Of a stretch of 64,000 nucleotides of DNA, positions 58,807 to 64,000 are shown piece after piece; the first letter of the stretch is position 1, and every line of letters starts with the position of its first letter. The notes beneath the pieces were generated by a model. That model was not told where the DNA came from and made no database searches. It saw only the letters and a list, made by a program, of their open reading frames with translations. The stretch comes from an uncultured Bdellovibrionales bacterium (GTDB lineage Bacteria; Bdellovibrionota_C; UBA2361; OMII01). The position numbers and the translations under genes were made by a program. Location of the stretch: positions 45,139 through 109,138 of the forward strand of contig CAYPUA010000007.1 in NCBI GenBank assembly GCA_964413875.1, in the 5' to 3' direction.

Positions 58807-59901
58807 ATGACCCCTGCCGCCCAGAGCACCCATCAAAAAAACTCTCCAAGGACCCAGTCTGAAACGCCTGAGGGGCAGCTTTCGCCGGTGCCGGTAGGGC
58901 AGCTCTTCGCGGAGCAGCTGTATCCGAGGCTCGCTGTGTGCAAGCACTTCTCCCTTGATGACCCCGAGGGAGCGCCAGCCCCGCTCGCTAAGGCGCTCGA
59001 GAGCGCGGAGGGTCGAGCCATCGCATGGGGGCACCTAGCAAACAACGGCCTGCAGGCAATTGGGACCCAGCCGCAGCGGCACGCCCTTCTCGCGGGGCTC
59101 TTGCCGTACCTCGCGCAGGACGCAGAGGCGTGCTGGCCGGCCTTCGTTGCCACTGCCGCTGGAGCGGCCCGAAGCCAAGACATGGAGCTTTACAGGCGAC
59201 TAGGCGTGAGCGTCCTACGGGAGGAGCTTCCGCGTTCAGTAGTCGCTGGCCTAGCTGGCCCATTTGCATCCCTATCGACGCACAACGCGGGAGGAGACCG
59301 CTGGCTAAAGCCTTGGGTCGAGCTCTTCTCAACCCGTGGGGACAGCGAGCTGTTTAACGGACTTGTCGACGAGGTGCTAACCCGCCTTGAACGGGGGGAT
59401 CGCTCCTCGTACGACCACCTTCTTGCGGTGCTGTGCAGCGCTCCTTCGGTGGAGGCCGTCCATGCTCTAGCTCGCGGGCTCTCGTCGGTTCAGGTTAGGC
59501 CAAACAGTCCGTCGCCCGACCGCTCGGTTGGGCACATCGTGGCCGTATACCTCAAGCAAACGCTTCTGATGACTCCGATGTCTCTTGCCATGCAGCTTCT
59601 TCACCGTGATTCCGTGGCGGTGATGCTGCTTTCCGGGGCCTTCACCGCTGCGATGGCGGGGATTATCGGGACGGTCTTTGAGCTGAAGAGCTCCGCTGTG
59701 AAAGCCCTCAGGCGCTCCCAGCAGGAGGCATCTTCTGAGCAGGATGCCCCCTTCCTGTACTTTGCGGAGCGGGTCTACGAGAAGCTCTCAAAGATTCAGG
59801 GCTCCATCCCTGAATCGCAGCAGCTACGCAAAGAGATGGAGACCCACCCATCCTTTGCATGCCATATCGAGAAGTGGCGCGGAAGCTTTCAGTCTGCCTG
59901 A
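58807..59901 (+). CDS. Hypothetical protein (364 aa).
   Basis: Long ORF with coding-like codon usage. No recognisable motifs. Confidence 0.4.
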   Translation: MTPAAQSTHQKNSPRTQSETPEGQLSPVPVGQLFAEQLYPRLAVCKHFSLDDPEGAPAPLAKALESAEGRAIAWGHLANNGLQAIGTQPQRHALLAGLLPYLAQDAEACWPAFVATAAGAARSQDMELYRRLGVSVLREELPRSVVAGLAGPFASLSTHNAGGDRWLKPWVELFSTRGDSELFNGLVDEVLTRLERGDRSSYDHLLAVLCSAPSVEAVHALARGLSSVQVRPNSPSPDRSVGHIVAVYLKQTLLMTPMSLAMQLLHRDSVAVMLLSGAFTAAMAGIIGTVFELKSSAVKALRRSQQEASSEQDAPFLYFAERVYEKLSKIQGSIPESQQLRKEMETHPSFACHIEKWRGSFQSA

Positions 59902-60722
59902 GCCCGCCTTGGCGGATGAGAAGCAGCGCCCGTGTTCATGCGGTAGATAAAGAGCGATGAGTCTCGAGCGTCTCGCAGGGCGAGCGTTTCGCTTGCTTCA
60001 GCCGGAGCGGGAAATGAGTTGCTGATGAGTGTGCTTCCGGCTTTCATCTCAGCACGAGCTTTCTTCCACAGCCGCTCCATAGGGGCCGGCGAGAGGAATG
60101 TATACACGATATCGAAATGGCTTAGGTTGCAGCTCCACATGCTCTGAAAACGCACGGATATCGAGCGGTGTGCGAGCGACCGAACCTTGGCTACCAGAAA
60201 AGGAAGCGGCCCTATCTCTATTCCAACGAAGGTGCCGTTTGGACGACGAGCTTGCAGGAAGCGGAGCAGCTCTCCGAACCCGCACCCGAGGTCGATGAAC
60301 GTGAACGGGCGGTCGACAGGAAGCTCAGCGAGGATCAGGGCGTACGCCGCACGTTGGGTCGGGTAGTAGGGGACTCTGGTCCAGAAAGCAGGGACGTAGG
60401 TGGCTGCTAGCGCTACGAATACTGCGAGGAAGATTCCTGGCGGAATCTCCGTGGCCAGGGCAGATGCTGCTCCGAATGGCAGGAGAGCGTTGAGGATGAG
60501 CCACGGCGTCGGGAGCCGCAGGAAGCGAGCGGCAGCCCAGGCGGTTGCTGCGGCCATGAGTAGGGTGACGGTGACGGAGAATGAGATCTTCCAGGCAAGG
60601 ATCGCACAGCCGGCAGCGATAGCTTGGCAGGCGAGGGTCGAGAGGAAGAAGATTACCGGCCCCAACGGGCGCTTGTCGACTCTGGTCATGCTAGTGCTGC
60701 TTTCAAAAAGTTTCTTTACCAT
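59889..60722 (-). CDS. Membrane-anchored class I SAM-dependent methyltransferase.
   Basis: Two to four N-terminal transmembrane helices, then SAM motif I FIDLGCGFGELL and an acidic-loop motif VGIEIGPLP. Confidence 0.6.
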   Translation of the reverse strand: MVKKLFESSTSMTRVDKRPLGPVIFFLSTLACQAIAAGCAILAWKISFSVTVTLLMAAATAWAAARFLRLPTPWLILNALLPFGAASALATEIPPGIFLAVFVALAATYVPAFWTRVPYYPTQRAAYALILAELPVDRPFTFIDLGCGFGELLRFLQARRPNGTFVGIEIGPLPFLVAKVRSLAHRSISVRFQSMWSCNLSHFDIVYTFLSPAPMERLWKKARAEMKAGSTLISNSFPAPAEASETLALRDARDSSLFIYRMNTGAASHPPRRAQAD

Positions 60723-60852
60723 GATTCATTTTAAGGCAGCGCTCGGGGCTGTTCGTTTTCGGCGCCTTTGGAGTCGAAAACACTATAGATGTGGCCAGTG
60801 CCTCGTGGAAGGCTGCAACGTCGTTAGGCGAAGAAACTTTCAAACCGAGGCG

Positions 60853-61908
60853 CTAGTCATCGAGGATGCTCCGCGGCAAGCCTTGGCGCACGTTGCTCGT
60901 ATAGTAGCTTGCGAGCTCTGCGCATTTCTCCTTGAGCCCCGATGCGCCCGGATTCTCCGGGAGCTTCACCATAAAACGGATGAAGAGATCGCCGCGGGAG
61001 CCGTCCGCTAGCCGCACGCCCTGGCCCTTGAGCCGCACCTCGTTGCCGCTCTGGGCTCCAGCCTCAACCGTAACGAGCAGCGGGTCGCCAAGCGACGGGA
61101 CCTGAATCTTGCCGCCCTGGATAGCCTCACTGACCGAGAGCGGAATCTCCATGGTGAGCCCCTTCGAAGTCATCGAGAGCCACGGATGATGTGCCACACG
61201 GATAATGAGAATAACCTCCTCGGTCGGGTCCTCCTTGCGGCGAAACCGGACGATACTTCCCGTTCGCACCCCTGGAGGGATGTGTGCCGAGATCTTTTTC
61301 GTTTCCCCATTCGGGTCTGTAAGTTCCACGGTGCGGCGGACCCCTCGAATAGCGTCGAAGATCGACACAGACACCTCCATCAGGGAGATGTGGGATACCT
61401 GAGTCCCAGCCTGTTTGGCTTTGCCTCCCCGCCTCAGGAGCCGATTCTTTAGCGATGAAAGCTTGCTGCGCGAAGAAGCTGTTATCTCTGAGAAGCCGAA
61501 GCCCCGGCTCTCTTTTGGTTTTGTGCTGCTCTCGTTTTTAGCTGAACTGCTGCGAGCCTTCTCCTGCTCCTGAGCCGGATCCTTCTTTGGCGGCGCCTTC
61601 GGTCTTGGGCTCTCCGACTCTCGCGGTGTGCCTTGCGACTTCTGTTGCCTACGGTACTCACGGTGAGCGCGGTCGAAGGCTGAGGAGAAAGACTCTCGGC
61701 TCTTCTCAAGTTCAGCGTCGTACTGCTGCCGCTGGGCTGGGTCCGACAGCACTGCGTATGCCTGCGCTATCCGCTTGAAGGTCTCTGCGTTCGACTCGCC
61801 TGGGTTGAGGTCTGGGTGGTAGCGGCGCGCCAGGATTCGGTACGCCCGGCGTATCTCCTGAGCCGTGGCCGCACTGTTGACCCCCAACGTTTTGTAGTGG
61901 TTGCTCAT
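60853..61908 (-). CDS. DnaJ-class co-chaperone, CbpA-like (J domain plus DnaJ C-terminal beta-domains, no zinc-finger domain).
   Basis: J domain YKTLGV...RRYHPDLNP (HPD motif); Lys/Pro-rich linker; C-terminal DnaJ_C-like domains. Confidence 0.75.
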   Translation of the reverse strand: MSNHYKTLGVNSAATAQEIRRAYRILARRYHPDLNPGESNAETFKRIAQAYAVLSDPAQRQQYDAELEKSRESFSSAFDRAHREYRRQQKSQGTPRESESPRPKAPPKKDPAQEQEKARSSSAKNESSTKPKESRGFGFSEITASSRSKLSSLKNRLLRRGGKAKQAGTQVSHISLMEVSVSIFDAIRGVRRTVELTDPNGETKKISAHIPPGVRTGSIVRFRRKEDPTEEVILIIRVAHHPWLSMTSKGLTMEIPLSVSEAIQGGKIQVPSLGDPLLVTVEAGAQSGNEVRLKGQGVRLADGSRGDLFIRFMVKLPENPGASGLKEKCAELASYYTSNVRQGLPRSILDD

Positions 61909-62080
61909 CCTGCTCTCGGGCTTCCCGGACCCGTACAATCCGCCTAACGCCGCTTGGCAGCTTTACATTTCCGCTGCGCAATCGTTTAATGATGCTACTA
62001 CGAAGAATACCCGAGTCCCAAGCCAGTTTCCGGCGGGAGTTCGTGATTCTAAAGGGTCATTCTCAAGGATAGTAACCGCC

Positions 62081-63781
62081 ATGAGTGCTGCCGCAACCGC
62101 CTCCAAAAAGCGCAAGGTCTTGGTGACAGCGGCTCTGCCGTACTCAAACAACCGTCCTCATGTCGGGCATCTGGGAGGGGCTTACATCCCAGCCGACATA
62201 TACGTGCGTTACCTGCGGCTTGCCGGTGCCGATGTGCGATTCGTCTGTGGCTCTGATGACCACGGCGTCGCGATTATGATCACCGCAGAGAAGGAGGGGA
62301 AGACTCCTGCGGAGGTGGCGAACTACTACCGCGCCAAGCAGGCTGAAGACTTCGCCGGAATGGGAATCAGCTTCGATATCTACAGCGGCACAAGCGTGTG
62401 CCCGCTCCACGCCGCCCAAAGCCAGCAGTTCTTCAAGCACATTCATGACAAGGGCTACTTTGAGAAGCAGAGCTCGCGCCAGTTCTACGACGAGGCACGA
62501 GCAGCATTTCTGCCGGACCGCTACGTAAAGGGAGAGTGCGGCTTCTGTGGCACGCAGGACCAGAACGGCGACCAGTGCGAGAACTGCGGAAAGATGCTCG
62601 ATGTTGATTCGCTCAAGAATGCGCGTAGCGTGCTCTCCGGGGAGCCTGCGGTGGTTAAGGAAACCGTGCACTGGTTCTTCGATCTCTCAAAGTTTGGGGG
62701 AGAGGTCGAGCGCTGGCTTGAGACTGCCAAGGTGCGGGAGCAGACCAAAGCATACGTTTCTGGCTTGCTAAGCACTGGGCTCGTAAAGCGAGCAATGACC
62801 CGGGATCTCTCGTGGGGCATACCGGTGCCTCTCGATGATCCGGAAGCAAAAGGAAAAGTTCTCTACGTATGGTTTGACGCCCCGATCGGTTACCTCTCAT
62901 TCTCCCAGGAGCTTTGCCAGCGTGAAGGCCTGCCCGCGGCCGCGGCGGACGAATGGTGGCGCTCAAAGGACGCCGAGATCTACCACTTCATCGGCGAGGA
63001 CAACACAGTATTCCACTGCATCATCTGGATTGCGATGCTCGCGGTCGATGGGAATATTCGCTGGCCCAACGGCGTGGTAGTGAACCACTTCTTCAATATG
63101 CAGCTGCCTGGCGGTGCTGTGGAGAAGATCTCCAAGTCGCGCGGCACGGCCGTGTGGATCGGCGACTACCTTGAAGCTGGCGGCGATCCTGACTCTCTCC
63201 GCTATTACCTCACCTCGATAGCTTCCGAGAAGTCGCGCTCAGTGTTCAAGCCCGATGACCTCGAGCTCCGCCATAACGGCGAGCTGGCGGACACTCTCGG
63301 CAATCTCGTGAATCGAATCACCTCGTTTACTATTAAGCACTGTGGACCGAATGTCCCGGAGATCGATGCAGCGAAGATTACTGACCTTGATCGAGCGCTG
63401 GAGGCTGGACTGCGCAGCACCTTCGATGATGTGACGCGCGAACTAGAGGGGCACTCGTTCAAGGCAGCGCTTGAGCGCGTGATGCAGTTTGCGCGTGAGT
63501 GCAACAAGTACGTCGACGAGAAGGCGCCATGGTCTTCGCGCAAGACCGACATGGAGGCCACGAAGGTAACGCTCAACTACGTGTTGCATGCCATCCACGG
63601 TCTAGGGGTTATGCTTTTGCCCTTTATCCCCGGGGCTGCTGCCAAGATTGTTGGAGCCTTCGGGCGAGACTCGACCAGCGTTCAGTGGCTGGATGCTGTT
63701 GAGGCCAAGCTCGTCGGGGCACCGCTATCGCAGCCGCCTATTCTGTTCCAGAAGTTAGGCGCCCAGCCGGCCCAGAAGTAG
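62081..63781 (+). CDS. metG: Methionine--tRNA ligase (short form, no C-terminal EMAP/tRNA-binding domain).
   Basis: HIGH-region PYSNNRPHVGHL; zinc knuckle CGFCGTQDQNGDQCENCG; KMSKS-equivalent KISKSRG. Confidence 0.85.
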   Translation: MSAAATASKKRKVLVTAALPYSNNRPHVGHLGGAYIPADIYVRYLRLAGADVRFVCGSDDHGVAIMITAEKEGKTPAEVANYYRAKQAEDFAGMGISFDIYSGTSVCPLHAAQSQQFFKHIHDKGYFEKQSSRQFYDEARAAFLPDRYVKGECGFCGTQDQNGDQCENCGKMLDVDSLKNARSVLSGEPAVVKETVHWFFDLSKFGGEVERWLETAKVREQTKAYVSGLLSTGLVKRAMTRDLSWGIPVPLDDPEAKGKVLYVWFDAPIGYLSFSQELCQREGLPAAAADEWWRSKDAEIYHFIGEDNTVFHCIIWIAMLAVDGNIRWPNGVVVNHFFNMQLPGGAVEKISKSRGTAVWIGDYLEAGGDPDSLRYYLTSIASEKSRSVFKPDDLELRHNGELADTLGNLVNRITSFTIKHCGPNVPEIDAAKITDLDRALEAGLRSTFDDVTRELEGHSFKAALERVMQFARECNKYVDEKAPWSSRKTDMEATKVTLNYVLHAIHGLGVMLLPFIPGAAAKIVGAFGRDSTSVQWLDAVEAKLVGAPLSQPPILFQKLGAQPAQK

Positions 63782-63884
63782 GGCGGATTCTCTCTTTCCA
63801 AGACACTGTCTTCGTGGTGTCCTAGAGGCACCCTCAAGGTCATCAAAAGAGGGCCTTTCCCCGGTTCCGCCCTATGCAAGCAGC

Positions 63885-64000
63885 TAAATCTCTCACAGGC
63901 GACCCGCGCTGGGTCCGTCGTGTTCAGCGCCTCGTTGAGGAAGCAGCTATCCTAAACGAGGACGTCGAGCGAGCTGTGTTTACAGCCTTCGCAGCGATCC
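63885..64000 (+). CDS. 5' fragment of an unidentified ORF running off the window end.
   Basis: ATG-initiated ORF MQAAKSLTGDPRWVRRVQRLVEEAAILNEDVERAVFTAFAAI, truncated by the window. Confidence 0.2.

Overview
This is a high-GC (~60%) bacterial chromosomal segment, apparently Gram-negative (LolA, SecDF/YajC, a c-type cytochrome, sigma-54 regulators, flagellar genes). It is mostly core/housekeeping sequence with a few accessory-looking pockets. The taxonomic guess is an inference from gene content only.

Contents, 5' to 3':
- 91-3184: RNA-modification genes rlmM, a TrmH/SpoU-family methyltransferase and an MnmC-like FAD oxidase.
- 3367-5888: uppP and a PAP2 phosphatase gene, separated by a 590-bp AT-rich noncoding island.
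- 5928-9398: a large GAF/PAS hybrid sensor kinase and trmL.
- 9498-10271: fpr (ferredoxin-NADP reductase).
- 8783-11371: a low-GC IS200-like Y1 (RAYT-like) transposase gene embedded among four copies of a REP-like palindromic repeat.
- 11397-14818: a minus-strand block FadD-like ligase / PurM-like protein / cytochrome c.
- 16142-20650: a sigma-54 regulatory cassette. It has a near-consensus -24/-12 promoter, a receiver-less sigma-54 activator, a periplasmic TPR protein, a cytoplasmic histidine kinase and an NtrC-type response regulator.
- 20665-22801: an SGNH-like hydrolase and mtgA.
- 22946-29263: a flagellar cluster flgB-flgC-fliE-fliF-fliH-fliI-fliJ-ylxF-like that conspicuously lacks fliG between fliF and fliH.
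- 29410-31900: rluA-family pseudouridine synthase, a quinone oxidoreductase and a degenerate tandem zinc-ribbon protein.
- 32055-32455: two tRNA-Gly genes flanking a duplicated hairpin repeat.
- 33136-38556: cell-envelope genes (GT4, two GT2 glycosyltransferases, LolA-like, RimO).
- 38734-46531: tal, zwf, an acyl-CoA dehydrogenase, a Host_attach-family protein plus a zinc-ribbon partner, and a GH15 hydrolase.
- 46847-55679: the rimP-nusA-ylxR-infB-rbfA-nrnA-truB operon and purA.
- 55777-64000: yajC-secD-secF, hypotheticals, a membrane methyltransferase, a CbpA-like J-protein and metG.

No CRISPR array and no obvious defense nuclease or helicase genes were seen. The most interesting leads are the RAYT/REP pocket, the sigma-54 cascade sitting next to a fliG-less flagellar cluster, and several structured noncoding regions.
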